The notes: generated from the letters alone by a model not told the origin. Counted from the first letter of the stretch, positions 16,561-28,924 are shown. The stretch is 32,000 nt of DNA from Xanthomonas campestris pv. campestris str. ATCC 33913 (GCF_000007145.1 NC_003902.1:637436-669435), one strand, 5' to 3'. Program-made: numbers and translations.

Positions 16561-16660
16561 AATATCTCCATATATATGTGAGGAAATCGCGCCAATTTCT
16601 ACGCGATGTGCCGCAACAGAATCCTAAACGCAGAAGCCCCTTAGGACTGAGGGTTTGATC

Positions 16661-16690
16661 AAAAAAACAGGCCCTCGCGGGCCTGTTTTT
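16661..16690. terminator. Bidirectional rho-independent terminator downstream of ompW
   Basis: aaaaaaacaggccc-tcgc-gggcctgttttt. Confidence 0.8.
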
Positions 16691-16714
16691 AAGGTGCCTA
16701 GCCAATCGGTGTGC

Positions 16715-17392
16715 TTAGAAGCGAGCGCCGACGCCGAAGCCGACGGTCCACGGATCCAGTTCCAGCTCGCTGCCGGTACCGGCACCACCCACACGCAGTT
16801 CGGGACGCGAACGCATGTAACGGGCGTCGGCGCGTGCGAACCAGGTGGAGTTGATGTTCATGTCCACGCCCACGGTGCCGATCACGCCCTTGGCGGTATC
16901 CACGCCCACGTGCTGACCGGTGGTGGAGGCTGCGTCGATCTTCTCGTTGCTGAAGTTCGACTCGTAGTAGCCCACGCCCACGAACGGACGGAACACGTTG
17001 TCGGCCTGGCCGAAGTGGTACTGGCCGCTGATGGCGATCGGCTGCTGCTCGACAGTGCCCACCTTGCCCACGCCATCGGCGTTGACGCGGTGGTTGAACT
17101 TGTCGGCTGCGCCCCACAGTTCGACGGCCCAGTTGTCATTGATGTAGTAGCTGGCGCTCAGGGTCGGCGCCGGGCCACCGTCGACGTCCAGGCCAGGAGC
17201 CGGGTCGTTCTTCGGCTTGATCAGCGCAACGCCGCCGACTACGGCCCAATGCTTGCCGGATGCGGTGTCGCTGCTGCTGGACATGGCGGTCGAAGAGGTG
17301 TCACCGGTGTAGGTGGCCTCCTGCGCGAACGCGGACGGTGCAATCGCAAGTGCGGATACAGCAGCCAGGCTCAGGATGGAAATGGAACGCAT
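16715..17392 (-). CDS. ompW: OmpW-family outer-membrane protein
   Basis: Signal peptide MRSISILSLAAVSALAIAPSAFA. OmpW-like strands (WAVELWGA, ISGQYHF, RPFVGVGYY, WFARADARYM). C-terminal GFGVGARF. SD GGAGA. Confidence 0.8.
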   Translation of the reverse strand: MRSISILSLAAVSALAIAPSAFAQEATYTGDTSSTAMSSSSDTASGKHWAVVGGVALIKPKNDPAPGLDVDGGPAPTLSASYYINDNWAVELWGAADKFNHRVNADGVGKVGTVEQQPIAISGQYHFGQADNVFRPFVGVGYYESNFSNEKIDAASTTGQHVGVDTAKGVIGTVGVDMNINSTWFARADARYMRSRPELRVGGAGTGSELELDPWTVGFGVGARF

Positions 17393-17571
17393 GAGGGTCT
17401 CCTCGTCTTATTGTTAGGCCCTTGGAGTGGGCCGCGCCAAAGCTATTCCTGAAAATCTGAATCCACGCCCACCTGCGGCTCGCTAAAATTTCGTTTGTTC
17501 AGGAACTTTCCCGAGAAGACCGTGATTGCTGGATTCAATGCTGAAAGTGCATTCACGCAGATGCGTTCGCC

Positions 17572-18096
17572 GTGACGATGCAAACACCGCTGTTGCGTGG
17601 ATTGCCCGCAGAAATTGCGGCGGATTGCCGTGTACTGGTGCTGGGATCGATGCCCGGCAGCGCTTCATTGCATGCGCATGCCTACTATGCACATCCACGC
17701 AATCGCTTCTGGCCGGTGATGCAGCAATTGCTCGGCATCGATGCAGACGCGCCGTATGACGCACGCCTGCAGCAACTGGCCGAGCGCGGCGTCGGGCTCT
17801 GGGATGTAATCGGCGAATGCGCACGCCGCGGCAGCCTGGATGCGGCGATCGTGCCGGGCAGCATCGTGGTGAATCCGCTGCCCGAGCGGTTGGCCACGCT
17901 GCCGCAGCTGCGCCTTGTGGTGTGCAACGGCAGTGCCGCCGCGCAGGCGTGGCGCCGCCACGTGCAACCGGCGTTGTCGCCGCCGCTGACGCGCCTACCG
18001 GTGCAGGCCGTGCCCTCGACCAGCCCGGCCAATGCTGCGTGGTCGCTGCCGCGGTTGTGCGCGGCGTGGCAGCCCGTGCGCGATGCGCTGCGCTAG
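17572..18096 (+). CDS. DNA-deoxyinosine (hypoxanthine) glycosylase, UDG family 6
   Basis: VLVLGSMPGSASLHAHAYYAHPRNRFWPVM matches the family-6 GSxPGxxS...YYxxxxNxFW signature as I recall it. Size is about 170 aa. Confidence 0.65.
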   Translation: MTMQTPLLRGLPAEIAADCRVLVLGSMPGSASLHAHAYYAHPRNRFWPVMQQLLGIDADAPYDARLQQLAERGVGLWDVIGECARRGSLDAAIVPGSIVVNPLPERLATLPQLRLVVCNGSAAAQAWRRHVQPALSPPLTRLPVQAVPSTSPANAAWSLPRLCAAWQPVRDALR

Positions 18097-18253
18097 CTGC
18101 CAAGCATGACAGATCGCGCACGCGGACGTTCTCAGCGCGTTGCAGCGCGCGCATGCAACACCATGCGTCGCCAGAAGTCATGCCCGCCTTAGGCACACGC
18201 GCGGCGGTGGCGCGCTGCGCATCATCGGCCACAGCACATAAGGGAGAAGCTGG

Positions 18254-19012
18254 ATGGCAATCACGTACCGGACCACGTTCGCCATTGCACTGGGCGCCTG
18301 CCTGGCCGCAGCTGGTGGTGTGGCCAGCGCCGATGAGCTGCATTGCGAGGTCAACATGGACTACGACCTCACGCTCAATCCGCGCAGCCTGATCCTGATC
18401 CGCGACAGCGGCACGCCGCAGCGGCTGGTCATGCGCCAGGGCGCGCTGTTCGTCGACGACCGCTGGGTGACGTTGAGCGACGACGATCGCAACCGTCTGG
18501 TCCAGTTCGAGCAGCAGACCCGCGCCGTGCTGCCGCTGGCGCAGGAGGTCGGGCGCGAGGCGGCCGATATCGCCATTACCGCGCTCGGCGAAGTGGCGGC
18601 CGGCTTCAGCCGGGATCCGTCGGCCACCCGGACGCAGCTGGCCAGCGTGCGCGACAAGGTCGACCTGCGCCTGAAGCAGAGCTTCGGCAAAAGCCAGCTG
18701 ACGCCGGTGGATATCGACGATGAAATCGGCACGCTGGTGGCGGAGATGCTGCCGCAACTGATCGGCGATGTCGTGGCCAGCACCGTGCAGGCGGCGATGA
18801 CCGGCAACGGCGCGCAGCTGCGCTCGCTCGACGGCCTGGAGCAGCGCATCGAGCGGCTGGTCGAGCCGCAGGCGCGCGCGCTGCGGCCGCGTGCGCAGCA
18901 GTTGTGCACGCGGATGGAGGCGCTGGACGCATTGGACAATGCGCTGGCGTATCGTCTGCCGTCAGGCGCGCCGTTGCAGCTGTTGCAGGTGGATCGACGC
19001 CCTGCCAAGTAA
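18254..19012 (+). CDS. DUF2884/YggN-like periplasmic protein
   Basis: Signal peptide with SD GGGAGAA. The pattern C-x-V...L...G.LFVDDRWVTLSDDDRNRLVQFEQQTRAVLP resembles YggN-family proteins from memory only. Confidence 0.45.
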   Translation: MAITYRTTFAIALGACLAAAGGVASADELHCEVNMDYDLTLNPRSLILIRDSGTPQRLVMRQGALFVDDRWVTLSDDDRNRLVQFEQQTRAVLPLAQEVGREAADIAITALGEVAAGFSRDPSATRTQLASVRDKVDLRLKQSFGKSQLTPVDIDDEIGTLVAEMLPQLIGDVVASTVQAAMTGNGAQLRSLDGLEQRIERLVEPQARALRPRAQQLCTRMEALDALDNALAYRLPSGAPLQLLQVDRRPAK

Positions 19013-19138
19013 GCGTGCAGCCCCTGCGCGGACGCTGCATCCCGCCACGCGTGCGATTTTTTCCGCGGCAATGGTTGGCGCTGCGGCTCCCGGCCGGCCA
19101 CAATAGGGGTTTCCCCATTCTGTTGCCGGAGTTCCCGT

Positions 19139-20896
19139 ATGGCCGAAATCAAGGAAGCACTTGTCCCCGATATCGGTGACTACAGCGATGTCCCGGTGAT
19201 CGAAGTGCTGGTGTCGGTCGGCGATACGGTCAGCAAGGACCAGAGCCTGGTCACGCTGGAATCGGACAAGGCCACGATGGAAGTCCCCTCGTCGGTGGCC
19301 GGCGTGGTCAAGGAGATCAAGGTCAAGGTCGGTGACAGCCTGTCGCAGGGCGCGCTGGTCGCGCTGATCGAAGTAGCCGATGCCGATGCCGGTGCCGAGA
19401 CGGCTGCGGCGCCAGCGCCTGCCGCTGCGCCCGCCAAGGCCGCACCTGCTGCCGCTCCTGCGCCGGCTGCCAAGGCCGCGCCTGCCGCAGCGTCCGACGG
19501 CGGTCAGGTCGAGGCCCGTGTGCCGGACATCGGCGACTACAGCGGCGTGCCGGTGATCGAAGTGCTGGTGGCGGTGGGCGACACCGTCGCCAAGGACCAG
19601 AGCCTGGTCACGCTGGAATCGGACAAGGCCACGATGGAAGTGCCCTCGTCTGTGGCCGGCGTGATCAAGGAGCTCAAGGTCAAGGTCGGCGACAGCCTGT
19701 CGCAGGGCGATCTGGTGGCGATCATCGCTGCCAGCGATGGCGGCGCCGGTGCGGCGCAGTCCCCGGCCAAGCCCACCACCGACACCGCTGAAACCGCCGG
19801 CAAGGTCGAGCCGGTGGCCGTCCCGGCCGAGCCGGACAAGCTGGCCCAGCGCGAGATCGCGCAGGTGCAGTCGGCACGGTCCACCGCGGCATCGCAGCCG
19901 GCCCAGGCAGCGCCCGGCACCCCGAGCAGCCCGCCGGTGACCTTCGATGCCGACAGCGTGCTGCCGTCCAAGGTGCCGTATGCCAGCCCGGTGGTGCGCG
20001 TGTTCGCGCGCGAGCTCGGCGTGGATCTGAACCAGATCAAGGGCAGCGAGAAGGGCGGCCGGATCACCCGTGAAGACGTGCAGCGCTTCGTCAAGGCCGC
20101 ACTCAGCGGCGGCGCGCCGGCCGCAGCCGGTGCCGCACCGGCCGGTGGTGGCAACGGCCTGAACCTGCTGGCCTGGCCGAAGGTGGACTTCAGCAAGTTC
20201 GGCGAAACCGAAACCCAGCCGCTGTCGCGCATCAAGAAGATTTCCGGTGCGAACCTGGCGCGCAACTGGGCCATGATCCCGCACGTCACCCAGTTCGAAT
20301 CGGCCGACATCACCGACCTGGAAGCCCTGCGCGTGGCGCTGAACAAGGAAAACGAAAAGGCCGGCATCAAGCTGACCATGCTCGCCTTCCTCATCAAGGC
20401 CAGTGCCGCGGCGCTGAAGAAGTTCCCCGAGTTCAACGCCTCGCTCGACGCGGCCGGCGAAAACCTCACGCTGAAGAAGTACATCAACATCGGCTTTGCC
20501 GCTGACACCCCGAACGGCTTGGTCGTGCCGGTGATCCGCGACGTCGACAAGAAGGGCGTGCTGCAGATCGCGCAGGAAAGTGGCGAGCTGGCCAAGAAGG
20601 CACGCGACGGCAAGCTGGGCCCGGCCGACATGAGCGGCGGCTGCTTCTCGATCAGCTCGCTCGGTGGCATTGGCGGCACCGCGTTCACGCCGATCATCAA
20701 TGCACCGGAAGTGGCGATCCTGGGCGTGTCCAAGTCGGCGATGCAGCCGGTCTGGAACGGCAAGGACTTCGCACCGAAGCTGATGCTGCCATTGTCGTTG
20801 AGCTACGACCACCGCGTCATCGACGGCGCGCTGGCCGCGCGCTTCACCACCTATCTCAGCCAGGTGCTCGCCGACATGCGACGCGTCCTGCTGTGA
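19139..20896 (+). CDS. aceF: Dihydrolipoyllysine-residue acetyltransferase, pyruvate dehydrogenase E2 (two lipoyl domains)
   Basis: Two lipoyl domains (LESDKATMEVPS twice). Ala/Pro linkers. E3-binding domain (ASPVVRVFARELGVDLNQIKGSEKGGRITREDV). Catalytic LSLSYDHRVIDGA. Confidence 0.95.
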   Translation: MAEIKEALVPDIGDYSDVPVIEVLVSVGDTVSKDQSLVTLESDKATMEVPSSVAGVVKEIKVKVGDSLSQGALVALIEVADADAGAETAAAPAPAAAPAKAAPAAAPAPAAKAAPAAASDGGQVEARVPDIGDYSGVPVIEVLVAVGDTVAKDQSLVTLESDKATMEVPSSVAGVIKELKVKVGDSLSQGDLVAIIAASDGGAGAAQSPAKPTTDTAETAGKVEPVAVPAEPDKLAQREIAQVQSARSTAASQPAQAAPGTPSSPPVTFDADSVLPSKVPYASPVVRVFARELGVDLNQIKGSEKGGRITREDVQRFVKAALSGGAPAAAGAAPAGGGNGLNLLAWPKVDFSKFGETETQPLSRIKKISGANLARNWAMIPHVTQFESADITDLEALRVALNKENEKAGIKLTMLAFLIKASAAALKKFPEFNASLDAAGENLTLKKYINIGFAADTPNGLVVPVIRDVDKKGVLQIAQESGELAKKARDGKLGPADMSGGCFSISSLGGIGGTAFTPIINAPEVAILGVSKSAMQPVWNGKDFAPKLMLPLSLSYDHRVIDGALAARFTTYLSQVLADMRRVLL

Positions 20897-21540
20897 GAGC
20901 AACGCTGCTGACGCTCGCCCTGCTGGGTGTGCTGCCGTGGTCGTCCGCGGCCGCACGCGAGTGCGCCAGCACGCTGGGCCGCGGCTGGCCGCCGGCGGTG
21001 GGCAACTACGGCACCGCGGTGACCACGCTGCTGGATGGCGGCGCCAAGCCGATGCTGTCGTTGCTGACCCTGCCCACGCGTGGTGTCGAAAGCGGCATCG
21101 CGCTGGTGCCGGGCAAGTCCGGCAGCGACTGGACGGTGCGCTTCAGCCGCGCCGACGAGCGGGTCTACAGCTGGGTCAGCCAGACCGACCGCGGCGCGGT
21201 GCAGTTCCGCACCGAACAGACCCCCGAAACCGTCGAGATCCCGATCCCGGCGGCGCTGGCGCAACGCCTGGTCGGCAGCTGGACCACGGCACTGACGCAG
21301 CTCGCGCCGAGCGGCCAGACCGCGCCGGTCACCGAGGGCGAAGTGCTGTCGTTCCTGGTCGATGGCGTGCGCTACAGCGGCACGCGCCCGAGCTGCGGCG
21401 TTGGCGAGTTGCTGTTGCAGCAGGCCGCGCTGCTGATCGAAGCCAGCGAAGGCAAGGAAAAGAAGCGCGACAAGCGCTGGACCCAAATCGAATCGTCGCT
21501 GGATGAACTCCAGCAGACGCTTGCCGGCACCGCCGGTTAA
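20893..21540 (+). CDS. Hypothetical signal-peptide protein embedded between aceF and lpd (215 aa)
   Basis: The GTG start overlaps the aceF TGA (ctGTGAgag). Signal peptide MRATLLTLALLGVLPWSSAAA. High-GC codon bias consistent with coding. lpd starts 17 nt after its stop. Confidence 0.6.
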   Translation: MRATLLTLALLGVLPWSSAAARECASTLGRGWPPAVGNYGTAVTTLLDGGAKPMLSLLTLPTRGVESGIALVPGKSGSDWTVRFSRADERVYSWVSQTDRGAVQFRTEQTPETVEIPIPAALAQRLVGSWTTALTQLAPSGQTAPVTEGEVLSFLVDGVRYSGTRPSCGVGELLLQQAALLIEASEGKEKKRDKRWTQIESSLDELQQTLAGTAG

Positions 21541-21556
21541 GCCACAGGAGAAGCAA

Positions 21557-23404
<1,848 letters not shown>

Positions 23405-23430
23405 ACCGCACCGCGTCTTGTGTGCTGACA

Positions 23431-23459
23431 GCGCCCCGCATTGCGGGGCGTTTGTCGTT
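23431..23459 (+). terminator. Rho-independent terminator after lpd
   Basis: gcgccccg-cattg-cggggcg followed by tttgtcgtt. Confidence 0.7.
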
Positions 23460-23775
23460 AGGCAGGCATGCCTGCGCATAACCGATTCGAAGGTCGACTC
23501 GACGGCGGATGCCAGCGCACGCGTGATGTGCGCCGGTATCGGCAAGGGCAGCGTTGGGCGCGTCCTGTCCATCCTGCGCGAGCAGTGGCGCGTGCTGCCA
23601 CGCGCTGGCGCCACTGCGTGCGCGAATGTGGCTCCATCACCGCAGCATCGTGCGACGCTACTGCAACCGCGATGCTGCAACCACCAACATGACCCCGCAG
23701 CGCAGCTTGCACGCCAGGCAGCGCGCTTGCACCATCGAGCCGCGGACACCGGGTTCGCGCCTGGGGAGACAACGG

Positions 23776-25053
23776 ATGGTCAAGGTAAGGATGTCGGCGT
23801 TGCTGGTCGCCGCAGGGTGCGCGTGCACATCGCTGAGCGCGCACGCCCAGACCACCGTCATCACCGCCGCCCGCCTGCTGGATGTGCAGGCAGGACGCTA
23901 TGTGGAGCGCCCGCAGATCGACGTCGTCGCCGGCCGTATCACGCGTGTCGGTCGCCAGGGCGACCCGCTGCCACCACAGGCGCAGCGCATCGACCTGGGC
24001 GAGCGCACGCTGTTGCCCGGGCTGATCGACATGCATGTGCATCTCACCGTGGATCCCACATTGGGCGGCTACAAGGGCCTGGAATACACCGACAATTTCT
24101 GGACCGTGGTGGGCGTGGCCAATGCCGCCAAGACGCTCCGCGCAGGGTTCACCACGGTGCGTAATGTTGGTTCGCTCAACTACGACGATGTCGCGCTCAA
24201 GCAGGCGATCGAGCGCGGCACCGTGCCGGGGCCGCGTATCGTGCCGGCGACCTACGGCATCGGCGCGACCGGAGGGCACTGCGATGCCACCGAGTTCCCG
24301 CCATCGGTGCGCGTCACCGGCCCCGGTGTGGCCGATGGCCCGGATGCGATCCGCGCGGCGGTACGCACGCTGCGCAAATACGGCGCCGAAGTGATCAAGT
24401 TCTGCGGCACCGGCGGCGTGCTGTCCAAGACCGACAGCGTTGGCGGGCAGCAATACAGCCTGGAGGAAATGCGCGCGCTGGTGGACGAGGCGCATCGCCT
24501 GGGCTTGAAGGTCGCCGTGCATGCGCACGGCACCGCCGGCATCAACGATGCGATCCGTGCCGGCGCCGACACCATCGAGCACGCCAGCCTGGCCGATGCC
24601 GAATCCTTCAAGCTGGCCAAGGCGCACGGCACCTGGTTTTCGATGGACATCTACAACGACGACTACATCCTGGCCGAGGGCGAAAAGAACGGTTTGTTTG
24701 CCGAGTCGCTGGAGAAGGAGCGCCAGATCGGGCGCAAGCAACGCGAGACCTTTCGCGCCGCACATGTGGCGGGCGTGCGGCTGGTGTTCGGTAGCGATGC
24801 CGGCGTGTATCCCAACGGCGACAACGCGCGCCAGTTCGCCAAGATGGTGGAGTGGGGCATGACCCCGCTGGAGGCGATTCGCGCCGCCACCGTAGACGCC
24901 GCCGATGCATTGGGGCGCAGTGCCGACGTCGGCGCCATCGCGCCGGGGCGCTATGCCGATCTGATCGCGGTGAGCGGCGATCCGCTGCAGGACGTGAGCG
25001 TGCTGATGCAGGTGGAGAGCGTGATCAAGGGCGGCGAACGCGTCGCCGATTGA
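23776..25053 (+). CDS. Metal-dependent amidohydrolase family protein, secreted (425 aa)
   Basis: Start moved to MVKVRMSALLVAAGCACTSLSAHA (signal peptide, with GGGGAG upstream). LPGLIDMHVHL (HxH), KVAVHAHG, IEHAS, FGSDAG. Confidence 0.85.
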   Translation: MVKVRMSALLVAAGCACTSLSAHAQTTVITAARLLDVQAGRYVERPQIDVVAGRITRVGRQGDPLPPQAQRIDLGERTLLPGLIDMHVHLTVDPTLGGYKGLEYTDNFWTVVGVANAAKTLRAGFTTVRNVGSLNYDDVALKQAIERGTVPGPRIVPATYGIGATGGHCDATEFPPSVRVTGPGVADGPDAIRAAVRTLRKYGAEVIKFCGTGGVLSKTDSVGGQQYSLEEMRALVDEAHRLGLKVAVHAHGTAGINDAIRAGADTIEHASLADAESFKLAKAHGTWFSMDIYNDDYILAEGEKNGLFAESLEKERQIGRKQRETFRAAHVAGVRLVFGSDAGVYPNGDNARQFAKMVEWGMTPLEAIRAATVDAADALGRSADVGAIAPGRYADLIAVSGDPLQDVSVLMQVESVIKGGERVAD

Positions 25054-25393
25054 AGCGTTGCAACTGATGCCGCGCTGCGGTGTTACGGGGCAGTGCGGCA
25101 GCGCGGTGCAGTGCATGAGCGCGTCACGCTCTGCTAGCGAGCATTGATCTATCGCGCAGCACGCGGTGTGTGGCACGTGCAGTGGTGCGGTTTTTCATCA
25201 GCCTGGATAGCAGGTAGCCGCTGGCGGTGGCGCTGCGATCACGCATGAAGCACGCGGCAGGCAAGCAGGGGGGGTATGCGGTGAGACGCGCATCCCAGGT
25301 TTACGCTGCGATCGCGCATTGCGCATGCTGCACGCAATGCGTGGAGTAACGCGCAGATGCAGACGCAGGCGCAGATGCAAACACCAAAACCAC

Positions 25394-25418
25394 AACGCCC
25401 CGCACAAGGCGGGGCGTT
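25394..25418 (-). terminator. Rho-independent terminator for the minus-strand OMP gene
   Basis: aacgccccgc-acaag-gcggggcgtt (10-bp stem). On the minus strand it is followed by GTGGTTTTGG. Confidence 0.7.
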
Positions 25419-25441
25419 GCGTCACACAGGTGCAGCGCAGA

Positions 25442-26254
25442 TCAGAACGCGAACGTCACGCCTGCAACCGGGCCCTTGAACTCCTGCTTCAGGCCGATCA
25501 GGCCATCGCTGCCGCGCTGGTCGACGTCGAGCTTGAACCAGTCGTAGCCGGCGAAGATGCCGAAGTTCTTGGTGAAGCGGTATTCGGCCATCGCATTGGC
25601 ACGGCTCAGGTCGCCTGAGTAGTCGCCAAAATCGCCCCAGCTGGTGTTGAGGTACTGGCCCTGCACGTTGAACAGCCAATGCTCGCTCGGACGTGCGGTG
25701 AAGCGGATACCCACCACCGGTGCCACGCCGTCTTCGCTCTCGTCGAGCACGTCGCCGGTGAACACGTCACCCAGGTCGGCGTAGGCGTTGGCCTCGACCT
25801 TGGCGTATTCGGCACCGATCTGCAGGCCCAGGCTGAATTCCGGACTGTCGACGACCGAGTAGTCGTACACCAGGCTGGCCACCTGGTACTTGAGCTCGCC
25901 CTTGATGAAGCTGCCGCTCGGCACGGTGAAGCCACCGGCGCTGACGTCTTCGCCCAGGGTCTCGCGGCGATCCTTGTCGTACTTGAAGTAGTCAAAGATC
26001 AAGCGCTGGCGGGTGCTCATGCGGAACACGCCATCGATGCGCGGCTCCCATTCCTTGCCACCGAAATCGAAATCCTGGTCCAGGGAGATTTCGTTGCCAG
26101 CCACCACGGTGTTGCCACGCAGGGTGTTGTCGTTATCGATGTTCATCGCGCCAAGACGGATCTGGAAGCGATCATCGGTATCTTCGGCGTGGGCAGGCGC
26201 TGCATAGGCAGCGGCCAAAACGCACGGGATGGCCAGTGCGAGCAGGTGTTTCAT
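25442..26254 (-). CDS. Outer-membrane beta-barrel protein (270 aa), family unassigned
   Basis: Start moved to MKHLLALAIPCVLAAAYAAPAHA (GGAG 7 nt upstream). Alternating beta-strand pattern. C-terminal GVTFAF. Confidence 0.7.
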   Translation of the reverse strand: MKHLLALAIPCVLAAAYAAPAHAEDTDDRFQIRLGAMNIDNDNTLRGNTVVAGNEISLDQDFDFGGKEWEPRIDGVFRMSTRQRLIFDYFKYDKDRRETLGEDVSAGGFTVPSGSFIKGELKYQVASLVYDYSVVDSPEFSLGLQIGAEYAKVEANAYADLGDVFTGDVLDESEDGVAPVVGIRFTARPSEHWLFNVQGQYLNTSWGDFGDYSGDLSRANAMAEYRFTKNFGIFAGYDWFKLDVDQRGSDGLIGLKQEFKGPVAGVTFAF

Positions 26255-26681
26255 GGGGAGCTCCGTATTCTTGGTAGGCAGGCGATCGGGCCTGTGGCGC
26301 GCACTATCGGTAAAAGCGCGTCCACCAAAAGTGAAAGCGTTGTGGTACCGAAGTGAAGAACTTCCTAGCAATCGGACAAAACGGTCCGCTTGGCCTGTCC
26401 CGCGACATCCGGGTCAATACGCACCATTGTGGTGTCTGAGTGCTGTCACACCGCCGCGGAGGTCGGCGGATTGGACCGGAGGTGGGAAAGTGGGGGTGCG
26501 ACAAAATGCGTCATAAAAGCAGGAGCCCCGGTCTCCCAGGGCTCCTAGACGCAGCCTGCAGTGGAACCTTTCGACGAGGATGTGCAGGCCTCGCAGGTTC
26601 TGACAGCCGGTTTGTGGCAAAGTTCCTCCCGTTGCGTGGCACCGGCATGGTGCGTCGCAATAAGTTCATGACTTCTCCCGG

Positions 26682-26711
26682 TTGTCTCGCAATTTGTCCA
26701 ATTGCTATACT
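26682..26711 (+). promoter_or_regulatory. Candidate sigma70 promoter of the atp operon (TTGTCT-N18-TATACT)
   Basis: The hexamers are visible about 60 nt upstream of the atpI GTG. No experimental support. Confidence 0.35.
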
Positions 26712-26770
26712 TTCGCGGCTCGACGAGGCGCATCTGCGCTTCCCACCCATCCACACGCAAGGTACCCGTA

Positions 26771-27136
26771 GTGCTGAACTCCGTTGACGCGGGTCGGCGG
26801 CTGATGCTGCGCGCTGCGGTATATCCGCTTGCCGCTGTAGCTATAACCAGTCTGGGCTTGCTGCTGATGGGGCCCCGTTACTCTGCCGGTCTGGCATTGA
26901 CCGGGTTTGCGACGGTGTTGGGCGGCTGGGTGGCGGCGCGGACGGCGCTGGGGGGCGGCATCCAGGCGGCGGGCATTGCCATGGTCCGTCTGATTCTGGC
27001 GATGGTGCTGAAGTGGGTGTTGGTTTTCGTGGCGCTGGCGCTGGGCTTTGCCCTGTGGCGGCTGCCTCCTCTGGCCTTGTTGGCGGGTATCGCCATCGGG
27101 CTGATTTTTCAAGTTCTGGCTCTGGCCAGGCGTTGA
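26771..27136 (+). CDS. atpI: ATP synthase protein I
   Basis: Small four-TM hydrophobic protein directly upstream of atpB. The start is uncertain (GTG 26771 or ATG 26804). Confidence 0.6.
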   Translation: MLNSVDAGRRLMLRAAVYPLAAVAITSLGLLLMGPRYSAGLALTGFATVLGGWVAARTALGGGIQAAGIAMVRLILAMVLKWVLVFVALALGFALWRLPPLALLAGIAIGLIFQVLALARR

Positions 27137-27161
27137 TTCGAACTTAAAGGGCTCCGGACAC

Positions 27162-28338
<1,177 letters not shown>

Positions 28339-28450
28339 TCCAGCGGTAGCAGGATGTGGACGCAGCCATGGTGGTTGCGTCCGCGGATGAAGGTCGGAAA
28401 GCGTCGCCATGCGGTGGCGCTTTCACCCCTAAAGAGCGATTGAGCGACCC

Positions 28451-28921
28451 ATGGACATCACCCTTACCATCTTTGCCCAGGCGCTGGCCTTCGCCGGTCT
28501 GATCTGGATCGTCGCGACCAAAATCTGGCCGCCGCTGTTGAAGGCGATCGAAGAGCGTCAGCAAAAGATTGCTGAAGGTCTGGCTGCGGCCGACCGGAGC
28601 CAGAAGGATCTGGCGCAGGCGCAGGAGAAGGTCAACGAGGCGCTGAAGGACGCACGCACCAAGGCCAACGAGATCATCGACCAGGCCCACGCGCGCGCCA
28701 ATCAGATCATCGAAGCGGCCAAGCTCGAAGCGATTGCCGAAGCCAACCGTCAGAAGGATCTGGCCCAGGCCGAAATCGACGCATCGGCCACCCGTGCCCG
28801 CGAAGAACTGCGCCGTCAGGTGTCGTCGCTGGCTGTCAGCGGTGCCGAAAAGCTGCTCAAGCGCGAAATCGATGCCACTGCCCACAAGGCACTGCTCGAC
28901 GAACTGGCAGCGGAGATCTGA
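28451..28921 (+). CDS. atpF: F0F1 ATP synthase subunit b
   Basis: N-terminal TM segment followed by a long charged helix. Operon position fits. Confidence 0.9.
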
Positions 28922-28924
28922 TCG

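Noticed and set aside
16655-17452. 265-aa plus-strand ORF across the ompW locus.
   Set aside because: It is antisense to ompW, which has a signal peptide, an SD, a C-terminal Phe and a terminator. The translation of the plus-strand ORF is G/A/V-rich with no motifs.
23583-23616. Nested or alternative GC inverted repeats (CAGTGGCGCGTG-CTGC-CACGCGC-TGGCGCCACTG), plus the GCAGGCATGCCTGC palindrome at 23461-23474, in the lpd-amidohydrolase spacer.
   Set aside because: They could be REP-like or attenuator-like. There is no adjacent leader peptide, T-run or repeat copy in the window to support any specific role, and such palindromes are common in GC-rich spacers.
25354-25380. Direct 9-bp repeat GCAGATGCA occurring twice, plus the CGCATTGCG...CGCAATGCG inverted repeat (25315-25345), in the amidohydrolase-OMP spacer.
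   Set aside because: These are short and isolated with no associated ORF or known motif. They are compatible with chance in a 380-bp GC-rich spacer.
26255-26770. A 516-bp divergent intergenic region between the OMP gene and atpI, including hairpin AGGAGCCC-N10-GGGCTCCT at 26521-26546. Is it a possible sRNA or small ORF?
   Set aside because: The listed small ORFs here have no SD and give implausible peptides. The hairpin lacks a T-run. Only a candidate atp promoter could be proposed. Transcriptome data would be needed to go further.
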